Part shown: in pieces, positions 1 through 11,745 of the stretch
Numbering within the stretch: the stretch's first letter is position 1
How the letters are laid out: every line of letters starts with the position of its first letter
Assembly: GCF_036971445.1 (NCBI RefSeq)
Contig: NC_091474.1
Location: 176,886,001-176,950,000 of the forward strand
Source: Narcine bancroftii
Lineage: Eukaryota
Direction of reading: 5' to 3'
Length of the DNA: 64,000 bases
Notes under the pieces: generated by a model
Told to the model about the DNA's origin: nothing
The model's input: the letters and a program-made list of their open reading frames with translations, nothing else
Databases searched by the model: none
Position numbers and translations under genes: made by a program

Positions 1-722
1 TGACCTTTGGGGGGGTCAGAGGTGGAGAGGGTGTGCAAATTTAAGTTCTTGGAAGTCACTATCTTCGAGGATCGTTCCTGGACCCAACACACCAACTGCA
101 TCATGAAGAAAGCACGTCTACTTCCTCAGGGGTTTGTGCAGGTTGGTCTGGCAAATTTCTACGGAGATGTGCTTGAAAGTGTGTTGACCAGCTGCATCAG
201 GGTCAGGGTCTGATATCGAAACACCAATACCCCTGAGCATAAAGCCCTCCAAAAGATAGTAGACGTAGCCCAGGACATCGCAGACAAAACCCTCCCAACT
301 ATTGAGCACATCCACAGGGAGCTCTGCCATTGGAGAGCAGCAGCAACAATCATCAAAGAACCTCACAGTCCAGCACACACTCTGTTCTCACTGCTGCCAT
401 CAGGAAAAAGGTATAGGTGCCACAAGACTCACACCACCAGGTTCAGGAACAGCTGCTACCCCTCCACCCTCAGACTCCTCAATGACAAACTCAATCAGAG
501 ACTCTTTTGAGGACTCTTACTTGTGCATTTTATTGATTTTCTTTTTGTTCTCTCTGTATTGTACAGTCAGTTCATTTATAGCTCTTGTTTGTTTACATTT
601 TATGCTGTGTATGGTTTATTTTTTGCACTACTAATTAGTGGTAATTCTGCCACGCCCACAAGAAAAAAGGTACTCAGTGTTGTATGTGATGTCATGCATG
701 TACTCTGACAATAACTCTGATG
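1..722 (+). mobile_element. Rex1/Babar-type LINE, decayed 3' fragment (RT C-terminus and 3' UTR)
   Basis: Motifs VERVCKFKFLEVTIFEDRSW and HTLFSLLPSGKRYR..TTRFRNS; ends in a gacaataa/tctga-type tail; frameshifted. Confidence 0.75.
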
Positions 723-892
723 TCTAAAATCAGATCATCTAATTTTGTGCTAGAGATTGAAGGACAAATATTTTCAAGCATATCAGTGATAACTCCACGC
801 TCTTGTATGGACATTGCGCCATGGGATAATTTAAAACATGGTGAAAGAGAAGCAATTAAGAATTTGTTCTATGAAGATAGAAATCAACCCAC

Positions 893-1281
893 TTTGGCTT
901 GGCTTCGCGGACGAAGATTTATGGAGGGGGTAAAAGTCCACGTCAGCTGCAGGCTCGTTTGTGGCTGACAAGTCCGGTGCGGGACAGGCAGACACGGTTG
1001 CAGCGGCTGCAGGGGAAAATTGGTTGGTTGGGGTTGGGTGTTGGGTTTTTCCTCCTTTGCCTTTTGTCAGTGAGGTGGGCTCTGCGCTCTTCTTCAAAGG
1101 AGGTTGCTGCCCGCCGAACTGTGAGGCGCCAAGATGCACGGTTTGAGGCAATATCAGCCCACTGGCGGTGGTCAATGTGGCAGGCACCAAGAGATTTCTT
1201 TAGGCAGTCCTTGTACCTTTTCTTTGGTGCACCTCTGTCATGGTGGCCAGTGGAGAGCTCGCCATATAACATGATCTTGGG
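893..1281 (-). mobile_element. Young RTE (BovB-like) LINE, 5'-truncated copy 1
   Basis: Nearly identical to copies at 40752, 52597 and 57864; encodes LYGELSTG..RGAPKKRYKDCLK..CSRCNRVCLSRTGLVSHKRAC; TSD aatcaacccac (882-892) / aataaacccac (1282-1292), 1 mismatch. Confidence 0.9.
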
Positions 1282-2359
1282 AATAAACCCACTACAACTT
1301 GTTTAAAAGCAAAATGCTACACATTCAGGAAATCTGATGGCGCATTTTTAAAGCATTGTTTCAGCCCTCAAATGTCAATTTAAACAAACTGAAAAAAGCT
1401 ATTGTTTTCAAGTCGTTGCTATTCTGATAAATGTTTTTGCAGACTGTCAGCCAATTTAATACATTTCTTGAACTAGAATTAAGGATCATTGTCAAAGTTC
1501 ATCAATTTAGGGCTAAGATATGCAAAATGTTCTTCTCTCACTTTTTTATGAATTATTGGAACTCTCCTGTTCTAGAGAACAATGAGGATTGAAGTTGATT
1601 GATACTTGACCTAAATATTGCTGTACAATTTCATCTGCAAACTTATTGAATGGCAAAACAAGGATAAAGGATCTGTAATATACCCAGCTCCTTTTTCTTC
1701 TCTCTTTTTGTTTTAATAATAAATATAAATTTTATTGGTGAGTGTTTGCCCTTTATTTTTGTGCATAACTTCAAATTATTAATCAATTCATTCACATTAT
1801 TCCATTAACTTGAAACTGCTTTTATTAATATTCATGTATAATTGGTTCAGAGTTCTTTACCTTTTTTACCGACTCTTTTTTTCTGCAGCATTGTAACATG
1901 TGGAAGTATTTGTCAGCCATTCTTGTAATATTATTGAGAAGAGAAGTAAAACAGAACAGCAGAAACAAAACAAAACTGTGGAATGAAAAATGCAGAAGAT
2001 TAATTTCACAGTAAAGATGGAGAATGAGGATTTCTGAAACTCATGACAGGATGGGTAAATAAATTAAGAAAAAGTTAGGATTAATTGGATTAATTTTCTG
2101 CTGATTTTAAACTGTACCAACTTGATGAGCTGTCTGTTAAATAAATTAGTGTTTATTTCAATAAATGATCACAATAATTAAAAAGATCTAAAGGGATAAC
2201 ATAAAGTAAATAAGTGGTACTAATACAGAATTGTAATGATAGGATATTTAAATATTAAATGCATAAAAGTGAAGTAAGAGGGTTAAAATAAAAAAAAATG
2301 TGGCAAAAACAAATAATGGAAATAAAACAGAGAGGAAGCTAAAACGACTGAACAATTCC

Positions 2360-2530
2360 TGTATCATGTCAAAGGTCCTGCGATGTCTTGTGTCCTGGAT
2401 AAACATATGTTCAGCAAGTGCCTGCAGCTGCTTGAATGTGAGCTGGGTGTGGAACTCCAGGGATATGGATTCAAATTCTGGCAGTTGGCAAAAGCAGCAG
2501 CGGCACTAGCATTAAGGATAAGATGATTTT
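2360..2530 (+). mobile_element. Decayed CR1 ORF1 N-terminal remnant
   Basis: Translates as SCVLDKHMFSKCLQLLECEL, resembling the CR1 ORF1 zinc-finger/leucine-zipper region (DDHVCxKCxQLQLL). Confidence 0.4.
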
Positions 2531-3591
2531 CCTTGCGTTGACATTGGACATCAGTGGAACAGAGCAGGAAGCCATGAACAGAAAAGCCAGAGACAACCAA
2601 AGGAACTACTGGCAACTAAAAGCTCAAGGTTACCTTTTCCAACTGAATAGAAGTTCTCTGCAATGCAATCATTCTATCTGCATTTGCTTTTTTTTAAGTG
2701 TAGAGGAGAAACACCTTGATGAGATCATGGAATGACTGTTTGAGTCCCTTTACTGAATAGTGGGAGAAAAAGAGGCAAAAGGGCAGGTGTTCCATCTCCT
2801 CTGATTGCACAGCAGTGAGATGAAGAAAAGATTCCCTCATATGCCTCCATTAAATGAGGCCCCTGTTACAGGGATGGTCCATGGCCTCATTCTGTATTGT
2901 TTGAAAATTCCATGATCTTGATGCCAATTGAAACTTCAGCCAATGGTAAGTTGTCCATTTATTCCCTATTAGATTTAGACTACTGGTGAATTTTGAAATC
3001 ACAACTGTAGTGTCGTTAAGAGTTGTACAATCATGACAAAGCCAAAACTAAGCATTGGTGAATACTCTCATTGCATTTTTTTTAATGATAATCACTAACT
3101 TCATGGACATTTTTACTTGTACCAGCTTTTTAATCTCAGCTATTTTTTAACTCCATTCATCTTGCTCAATAATAAAAAAAATAATTTTATTCAGATAAGC
3201 CATTAAATGTATTCAAGCAATCAAAAATATATTTTTTAAAACTGCAGATCCTAGAAATCCAATATAGCAATCGAAAATCCTTTACCTAGGTGGAGGCAGA
3301 AGCAGGCACTGTTATCTTAATCAGCCAGCACTAACACCATTGTTAATCTCTAGTCTCCACCCTATCACACACTTCCACTTCCCTGCAATTCTATAGATTT
3401 GATTTCAAACTTTCTCCAGCTTTGAAAAAAAAATCTTCCAAAGGATTGAGTCTTGATTGCACTTATACAGATGCTGCTGGAACTATTGAAAGTTTCCAGG
3501 ATGTTTTATTTGTAAATTATAAAAAGGAGAGGGATATAAGAGGACAAAGACAGGGGAAAATCAGTTGGGTCTTCACATATCAGATGTTTGT

Positions 3592-4712
3592 TGTTACGAA
3601 CTAACAATCTTTTAATTATTTTTGGGAATAAAGAGACTGTTCTAGCACTAACACAGGAACAGGAATGGAAAATTCACCAGGCAATGGTAAATTCAAAATA
3701 ATAGTTTTTATTAAATTTTCAACAACATAACATTTCTTACTTATCTCTAAACTTACTTAACCCTGCACTATGTGTAAATGGAAATCTGTGTATAATTAAA
3801 GTCCCACTCTGAAAAGTTATTCTTTAAATGTTCAGCAATAATTTTAGACTTGCTTGAAGGTCTTAAATTCTCAGTACAGAAATAATTATAAAGTGATTTT
3901 AAACATATATTTGGGCCTTTTTACTCACAATGTGACTATTTTCATCCACAATGAATTCACAATCCCAGACAAGGGTTAAACCAATGTGGTTATTTTCTTC
4001 CATGATTAAGTCACAAACCATACAAGAGTGAAATGAAGTGACCAAACACAATAATAGACCCGGTAGAAATCTGTCCTCTTTTCAAAGAGATAGCAAAATG
4101 GTCTTTATTTCAAAGGCCACTGATTCTGTGTTCCCCCTTTCCCAGGAGTAACACACAACAACAGCACCAATTCTGGTTACTGTAACTCAACTCTGTCTTT
4201 CATAGGAGTTTTGACTTATGTATTCTCCAAACTGAATTCAGAATGCTGAATTCGGTCATATATTTCTCCAAATCATGTGATCATTACATCATCACTGAAG
4301 GTGAGTCCCAATTCTTTGGAAACCACATGACCCTCAGTTTTATTTCTACCAAATTTCTGTTCCATTTTCAAAACCATCACATATCTATTGCAATCTTTGA
4401 CCTCATCTCTGTTCAAGAGGCCTGACTGGCTTTGATTAAAAACAGATGGCTTCCTCGGCAGTTCCTGAATAATTAAGACCCACACAATCCATTAGCTCTG
4501 TCTCTCCCAGACACGTCAACTCCAAGAACGAGCACTCTTCTCAAAAAAAGATTCTCTATAAATGCGCTGTGACCTGTGTGTGACCTTGTACCAACCCACA
4601 GCTGACTTACTAAGACTGCAGATACAATATTTTAACTTGATACTTTACTAAGACATTTTATAAAAGAAATATAGTTTAATATTAAATTAAAGGTTACCAC
4701 AAATCTGTTACA
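3592..4712 (-). mobile_element. Possible solo LTR (~1.1 kb)
   Basis: Starts tgttacg and ends ctgttaca; tttatt (minus-strand polyA signal) near the left end; no matching TSD found. Confidence 0.35.
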
Positions 4713-6279
4713 GCAAAGTTTAGGGGTGAACAAGTATTTCTGACATCAATATGAAATAGATTGCAGGCTTGTGCAGTGAATACTGCCTCCCTGCTTTTAA
4801 ATAGCCTACTTTGCAACCAGGCTTCACAAAATGCTAATCAGGCTCAGTGGGGTTTCCAGGGGTGGGAGAGGATTTCTTCATGAATTTCTCCTCCTTTTTT
4901 TGGGTTATAACTTCTTGCTCTTCTCATGCCAGGAGATTGCATAGTGTGAGCTGAGGGAATAATGTCCGTATTAAGATGAAGACATCAAAAGTGACTGGGT
5001 CAGGCTGGATGATTCAGAGGGCAATTTTCTATAGGTGCTGAAGATTTCAGCAGGTTCAGGACAAACATGTGCTTGCATAATAGGAATGGTCACCAGAAAT
5101 ACAAAAGGATAAAAGGTAAGCTTTATAAAATTGAAATGATTCATGGCATCCTGTAATTGTTAAATGATATTGTGTAATGTCTCCAATCGATGTTGGGATG
5201 TTTTCATACATGAAATATGTGTGGCCTGGAATAAGTCAGGCCATTATGATTTGCTTTGAAAATGCATAAAACTCAAATGTGTAATTATTGGATTTTCGCC
5301 AACCTTTCCATTGACCTGTTCTTCAGCTGGTGTGATTGCAGTAGCTCCATAAGATGAGACCTCGTTTGCAATCATGGAGTCATTAATTTCTTGCTGTATT
5401 ATCTCCTGACATTAGGTTCCTGATTTTAATGGGACCATATTGGGAAGAGAGATGGATCGGTTGTAAACAAAGATCAGCTTACATTTTAAAATCAAAAATG
5501 ATGGGTAACAAGATCTCCTCCACAATTATTCTCAACTCAAGGATGTGTATTCATTCCCCTATTAGACTCCTTGTACAATTACAACCATGCAGATAAATAC
5601 TGTTCCAACTCATTCTTTAAATTTGAGTTGGAGTACTGGAAAAAGTTTCAAAGTCTAGTGGCATAGTGCCAAGGTTACAACTACTTTCTCAATGTTAATA
5701 AGACAAAGAAGATGATCATTGACTTCAGGAGAGAGGGCAGAGTCCACACCCCTGTCAGCATTGATGGCACCGAAGTTAAGAGTGTAGGTAGCTTGATGTA
5801 GTTCAGGATAAGTGCCACTATTCCTCAACAGCTTCTACAAGTGCATCATCTAAAGCATAATTACAGGATGCATCACAGTGTAGTGTGAGCTCTGCTCAAG
5901 ATCAGAGAAGCTGAAGAATATAGTGAATGCAGCTCAGAACACAAGTTAATCTTCCTTCCCTCCTTGGACTCCATCTTCTGCTGCCAAGAAAAGGAGGCCA
6001 ATATACCAAAAAAAAAACATGCTGCATACGCTCTTTTCTCCCACCTTCCATCTGGGAGAAGGCTCGAGTATGAAATTGTGCACTGATAGGCTTAAAGATA
6101 GTCATAGGCATATCTAGGGTGTGGCAGCCATGCCACCTGCCCTGGTGGTGACTTGAAGGGGGGGGGGGGCACCACTGTCCTTGCCCACCAAACCTCATAA
6201 GAGTTTTAAAACAAGCTCTTTATGCTATTTAGGACAAGGAATGCATATTGAGTTCTCCCAGCCTAGGTGCTTGCCATAT

Positions 6280-6832
6280 TCTTGGCCCTATTTGGCCGGT
6301 TCATTGTTGAACTGGGAGAGGTAACCCGCCCTGAACACAATGTTGTAATGGAGTAATGGAACAGTTTATCTTGCCACTGTCCACTGTCAGGTGAAGTATC
6401 ACTTTCTGCAGATTCATCATCATGGTTTGGGTCAAGTCCGCCAACCCATCCCCTATTAGGTATTTATTACTCAGTACCGCTAGCAACTTGGGGTCTTTCT
6501 CCAGGGTGAGATATCTGAACACCCTCATCACCAACTCCACTGCAAACTTCCCAAAGTCGAGCCTGGACCTGGACGCCTTCATTACAGCTCCATAGGACAG
6601 CAGGTCCATCAAGAAAGTGATGTAAAAACCACCTACCTGGGCTGTGAATATGTCCCCATGCTTTTTATGTATCTCCTGCAGGAACTGCAGCACATTCCTT
6701 TGGAAGAACAGGATGTGGACGAGCCATAGTAGGTAACTCATTCAGTGTCTGTCTCCTCAAAGTACCCAAGAAGTAAAGGAGGATGACGAGAAGCTTTGTC
6801 GGACTCAGTAGAACAGACGTCGCATAAGCCAT
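6280..6832 (-). pseudogene. CYP8B1: CYP8B1-like (sterol 12-alpha-hydroxylase) 5' fragment, frameshifted and 3'-truncated
   Basis: ATG at 6832 followed by a hydrophobic anchor and LYFLGTLRRQTLNE; after a frameshift WLVHILFFQRNVLQFLQEIHKKHGDIFTAQVGGFYITFLMD...RLDFGKFAVELVMRVF...SNKYLIGDGLADLTQTMMMNL; after another shift YNIVFRAGYLSQFNNEP*. Collinear with the CYP8B1 N-terminus and intronless like CYP8B1 (CYP7A1 and PTGIS have introns here). No I-helix, ExxR or heme motif. Confidence 0.85.
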
Positions 6833-6879
6833 GACCTTGAAAAAGATTCTTCTCGCAAACCAGTGCCCAAGCTTCCGAG

Positions 6880-7000
6880 ACTTTAATGTGTGAGCATTGT
6901 TAACCTTGGTCAATCAGCTCCAGTTAATCACCCCTGGTTAATTTGGTTGCACTTAGTGGAACTGTATTACAGCATCAGCTCTGTATGTAAGGACTTTGTA
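6880..7000 (-). promoter_or_regulatory. Putative hepatic proximal promoter of the CYP8B1-like fragment
   Basis: Minus-strand CCAAGGTTA (6901-6909, LRH-1/NR5A2-like), CAAAGTCC (6991-6998, HNF4 core) and two GTTAAT half-sites (HNF1-like, ~6922-6942), all within 170 bp upstream of the ATG. Confidence 0.5.
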
Positions 7001-7220
7001 AGCTGTCCCTCCTACCATTTTGCAAATAAATTAATTGCCAAAATGATGTAAAAGGCCACACATTTGAAAGGGTTAGCTTGGCATCTTAAAGGTTCTCTCT
7101 TAACTTTAGCCGCTCCACTCCGGGGAATGTTGCTTGCTGAATGCTGGCCTTTGAAATAGGCAGAGGGTTTTTTTATTTGAAATGACTGTTGTATTCTGTC
7201 ATCTTTTTTAAGGCATAGAT

Positions 7221-7577
7221 CAGTGGTTCTCAACCTTTTTCTTTCCACTCACATACACTTTAAGTAATCCCTACTTCATCAGTCTCTGTGATTAGTAAGG
7301 GATTGCTTAAGGTGGTATGAGGGTGGGAAGGGAAGTTTGAGAATCACTGCTTTAGACCCAATTGTTATGAAGTATTTTGCTTGAGAAAAATTGTCATTGG
7401 CCCATTTCCTTTGGAGTTATGAAACCATGCACATAACAGCACAATTAGGTATGATTAAAACATTTTCTTTCCACTCACATACCACCATAAGCAATCCCTT
7501 ACTAATCACAGAGCTCTGGTGGCATAGAGAATATTTAAAGTGGTATGTAGTGGAAAGAAAAAGGTTGAAAACCACTG
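7221..7577. mobile_element. hAT-Charlie-like MITE made of two palindromic subunits, nested in the cargo
   Basis: TIRs cagtggttctcaacc / ggttgaaaaccactg; 8-bp TSD gcatagat / gtgtagat (both derivable from gcgtagat by CpG decay); internal TIR copy gtttgagaatcactg at ~7335-7349. Confidence 0.85.
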
Positions 7578-8071
7578 GTGTAGATTATTTTCCATTATCT
7601 CATATATCCTACACTACGTTGGATATGACTATTTTATAGTTCTACAGTGGTGAGGATAGGTAGGGACAGCGAAGTGGATGGTGTGGTGGCAGCAAGGGAT
7701 GGTTGCTCAGTGAAGGCAGGTTTGAAGTAAGTTTTAATGGGGGTGGGGGAAGGCACAATTTCAGTGCTCGCCATAGGTGCTATTTTCCATCGATATGCCA
7801 CTGAAGACAATGTGTTCCCTGCAGCCATCACAGTCCAGAATGAACCTCATATCAGTGCTAACACGCTGCACTTGCTTGCTGCTAATTTATTTTCCTTTAC
7901 ATCGTAAACTCTGTAAATTGTGCTTTTACACTCCTGTATGAATGTTAGAGATAATTTGTTGTGTTCACAGGTAAAAATTCCTTTTCACTGTATGAAATAT
8001 TTTGTGACAAATAAACAAATTAAAACAGAAAATGATGAAAACACTCAACAAGTTTAGCAGCATCTGTAGAA

Positions 8072-8950
8072 CAATAATTCAGAAGCCTCATGGCTTGGGA
8101 GAAAAAACTGTTTTGCAATCTGGTCATGAGGGCCTGAATGCTTCAGTACCTCTTCCCAATTGGCAGGAGGGAGAGCAGATTGTGGGAGGGGTGGATGGAG
8201 ACTTCACAATGTTTATGGCTTTCTGCAAACAGCGGACTTTATATAGTCTATCATGGCAGGAAGAGAGACGCCAATAATCCCTTCAGCAGTGTTTACCATA
8301 TGCTGCAAGGACGTCCATTCTGGGATGTGCAGTTCCCGAACCATGCACTGATGCAGTTAGGTAGGTTGCCCTAATGCATCCCCTGTAGAATGTAATGAGG
8401 GTGGAGTGTGGAAGCTGGACTTCCCTCAACCTCTGCAGGGAGTAAAGGGATTGTTGGGCCTTCTTGGCAATGGATCTGGTGCTCAAGGAATTTGGTGCTC
8501 TTGACTACCTCCTCGGTAGAGCCATCGATTGTCAATGGAGAGTGATCCCCCTGTGCTCTTCTGAAATCAACCACCATCTCCTTTGTTTTGTTGATGTTCA
8601 GGTGCAGGTTGTAGTCTCTGCCCCAGTCCATTAGTGTTTGCGCCTCCTCTCTGTAAGTTGACTCATCATTCTTGCTAATGAGCCCCACCATGATCATGTC
8701 GTCTGCAGACTTGATGATGTGATTAGAACTGTATCTCACTGCACAGTCAGTGGGCATAGCACACAGCCCTGGGGGTCCCCCTATGCTCAGTGTGATGGAC
8801 ATGCTGTTTCTGATCTGAACTGATTGAGGTCTTCCAGTCAGGAAGTCGAGGATCCAGTTACAGGTGTTTAGCCACAGCAGGTTCAGCTTCCTAATCACGT
8901 GCTGCAGTATGTTTGTGTTGAATGCTGAGATGAAGTCTACGAATAGCATT
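8072..8950 (-). mobile_element. Rex1/Babar LINE RT fragment
   Basis: [50 protein letters not shown]. Confidence 0.85.
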
Positions 8951-9079
8951 CAAACATACATATTTATTTCAGATTACCAGGATCTGCAGGTTTTTTTTCA
9001 TTTTTACAAGTAACAAAAAACATAATTATACTATTTCATTTCATTCACATTTGTCTTATATTTCCAAAATTAAGAAATA

Positions 9080-9450
9080 CAGTAGCCGAAAATCTAGACT
9101 GCTTGGGAATTGGGTCAGTCTGGATTTTTGGATTTTCCAGATTCTTGGGCAGTACAGGTACTTTTAAAATTCAAAATTAAGGAGGAACAAAGAAGAGATG
9201 AACAGGTAAAATTCATTAGCAAATACAGCTGGAAAGAATGGACACAAAATTATAATGTTGTTACACTTCGCTTATTTCAAAAAATGGCAACCGCGTGGTT
9301 GCTTGTTGCCGCTGTGCATCTGTGGCACTTTCGCTTCCACACACGCAGACAAGAGTCTGCTAAATTTTTTTTTTAAGTTTGAGAGTTTTTAAAAAGTCCA
9401 GATTCTTAAGTGTTCAGGATTTCTGACATCTGGATTTTTGACTTCTACTG
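9080..9450. mobile_element. Tc1/mariner (Tigger-like) MITE
   Basis: TA|cagtagccgaaaatctaga ... ctggatttttgacttctactg|TA: imperfect TIRs with TA TSD. Confidence 0.65.
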
Positions 9451-11339
9451 TACAGACTTAGTTGCTTATGCTGTGCTTTCAAAAAAACAATTGCAATTCA
9501 GTACAACGTACAACTGTAACTATGTGCAGATTCAAGGACGAGGACCAAGGGACAGTTTCTCCCCCAAAGCAGCTTAAGTATGCAGAAACTAAACTTAATA
9601 AACTTGAATTGATATTTTCCCAGCAATTTTTATAATTTATTTATGACAGTGGAATTTGTAGCTTTGCATCCACCATGGGAAGAGTTGACTCTAAAGCAGT
9701 GTGGCTCAATTTTGTCTGGAAAGGTGTCAACATTTTACAAAGATTAATAAGAAATCAAGAACAGTTTATCAAATAGCAGCATGTACTATGAAGTTTGTGA
9801 ATAACATTATAATGTACCAAAATTGGAATACAATTGTTTGCTGGTTAAAATTTAGAGGAAAGAATAACATGTTTCAGATTCTCTCTCTTTTCATTTAAAT
9901 CTCCAATGGTAGCACAGAAGTGAGGTTCCAGTCTGAGCTAAGATAAAGAAAGAGTACTGGGGGAGGGTGGGTGTAAATTGGGCGGATTGGGCTCTGAGGC
10001 CAAAATGGCCTGTTACTATGTTGTATTTCTAAATTAAAAAAAAAATCCTTATTCAGATTGACATCAGGATTCAGGACCCACACAATTTGAACAGCATTGA
10101 TAACAACACAATTAACCCCATCACCTGTAGATTTTCTGTTTAATCATCTCAAGCTCATGAGTTTCATTAGTACTATCCAAGCATCTTGACAGTCCATGCG
10201 TGCAATCTCTTCAGGTGGCAGTGGAGGGATGAAGGAGGCAGCCAGTAGAGTCACTGACTGACAACGCCAGAGATCAGCTGACGCTGCGTATTACCTTTGG
10301 AGGATTTACCACGTTGAGACACTCCACTTTCCTCTCACATTTCCAATGATTTGTGAATGTTAGCTTAACAGACTGCTGTAAATTTCCCCTAATGTTTAGA
10401 TGAGTGGGAGAAGCTGGGCCGGAATTGATGAGAATGTGGAGAGAATTTAAAAAAAAAATGGGATTAATGTAAAGCTGGTGTGAATGGGTTTGCAACCATC
10501 AAAAAATGTTTGATGTGGATTCAGAGGGCCAGTTTCCATCATGTACTTCTCTATTATTCGATAAAGTAGTGTAATTGGAAGTAAAAGGTTTAAAAAGTCG
10601 ATTTTGTGATATGAAACAGCACTTGTTAAAATAATTTCCAGACGGACAATTTGTGGTTTAATTTTATATTGCCTCTAGTTTCTATTTATTTGGTGTTGAA
10701 GGGCAGTATAATACTTCCTCAAAGAGAATATGAAATATCCTGCAAATTTGAGTAATTGGCAATTGCAACCAAAGGAATGGGTTTTACATGTTATTATGGT
10801 CTCTGGAGATATGGGACATTATTCTTGCTGAAAATATTTGTGGACGATATCCTGTTCATCTCCACATGGTTCTGGCAATGCTGTCCTATTTTACGTCCTT
10901 TTACACCTCCACACCCTTGTCACAAACACACAATTAATAAACTCCACCTTTTTCCATTTTCATCTGCTAATTAAATGGGGACTCACTTCCAAAATGAAAA
11001 ATGTTACAGCATCCAGATGATCAGAATAATTTTTTTTTTTTGTTTTGCAGCATGCATAACAGAGCTTTCCTCCCCTCCTACAGGCCTTCAAATCAAGGCT
11101 TTTCATTTAGAAATGGTATGTTCATTGAGGTGTGCATCACGCATACAATGCACAGAGGAGTATACAGGGGTCACTTGGTCTCGCATTCTGTGTGAGTGCC
11201 AAGTACACTTGCCTTCCTGATGGCATTGGTGTCTCTACAGCAACACCCTTTTGATTAATTTGTGCATCCTGTCCTGTACTGAAGGAACTTGTCCAATTCT
11301 CCTCTATTGTGTTTAAGCCTGATTTATTTCAGAATCATG

Positions 11340-11745
11340 CAATATGAAATTGAAATTAATAATCAATGTGGGTTTATTGTCAGATACATAACTGGACTGC
11401 ACAGATGCCACACAACTCTTTCTTATTGCAGTCAAAATGTATTTAAGGTACACCACTGCAACAGTAAAAATTAAATTACCACAATACGCAAAGACAGAAA
11501 AAAAGAGATAACTATCAAAGGATAGACAAATAAATATTCACAAATGTAGTTAGCACAAGAAAACAAAGTCATGTGGTGCAAACAGATCTTTTGGTTGTCT
11601 TAGAGCAGCTTCTGTTTAGGTTCAGGGTAATACGGGGAGGCTTGTGATCTTCATAGCTGTTGGATTAAATAAAAACTGTTTTTGAACCTGGAGGTGTTAG
11701 ACTTCAGGTGCACATGTGTATCGTTGAGGAGCCTGATGGTGGAGG
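11340..11745 (-). mobile_element. Rex1/Babar LINE 3' end
   Basis: tttattgtc tail and aaaactgtttttgaacctggaggtg..ttcagg, the same signature as other Rex1 3' ends here. Confidence 0.55.

Larger units (their letters stand above)
6103..7803. mobile_element. Non-autonomous hAT element carrying a captured CYP8B1-like fragment (Pack-TIR candidate)
   Basis: Left terminus cataggcatatctagggtgtggcag and right terminus ccataggtgctattttccatcgatatgccactg both match the ends of the 325-bp MITE at 12032-12356; 8-bp TSD aagatagt (6095-6102) / aagacaat (7804-7811); the host Rex1 is continuous across the insertion. Confidence 0.8.
5690..8015 (+). mobile_element. Old Rex1/Babar LINE 3' fragment, split by the hAT element at 6103-7803
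   Basis: TKKMIIDFRR motif at ~5700; ...ACTGATAGGCTTAAAGATAGT resumes after the insertion as ...GTGTTCCCTGCAGCCATCA (RLKDS-xFPAAI); gtgacaaataaac tail at ~8005. Confidence 0.75.

Noticed and set aside
4933-5115. Exon-like segment with a polypyrimidine-AG acceptor and AAG|GTAAGC donor
   Set aside because: All three frames contain stops and no partner exons were identified; at most a non-coding exon, which cannot be supported without RNA data
6301-6913. Functional CYP8B1 gene
   Set aside because: At least two frameshifts, a stop, and no C-terminal heme-binding region anywhere in the window
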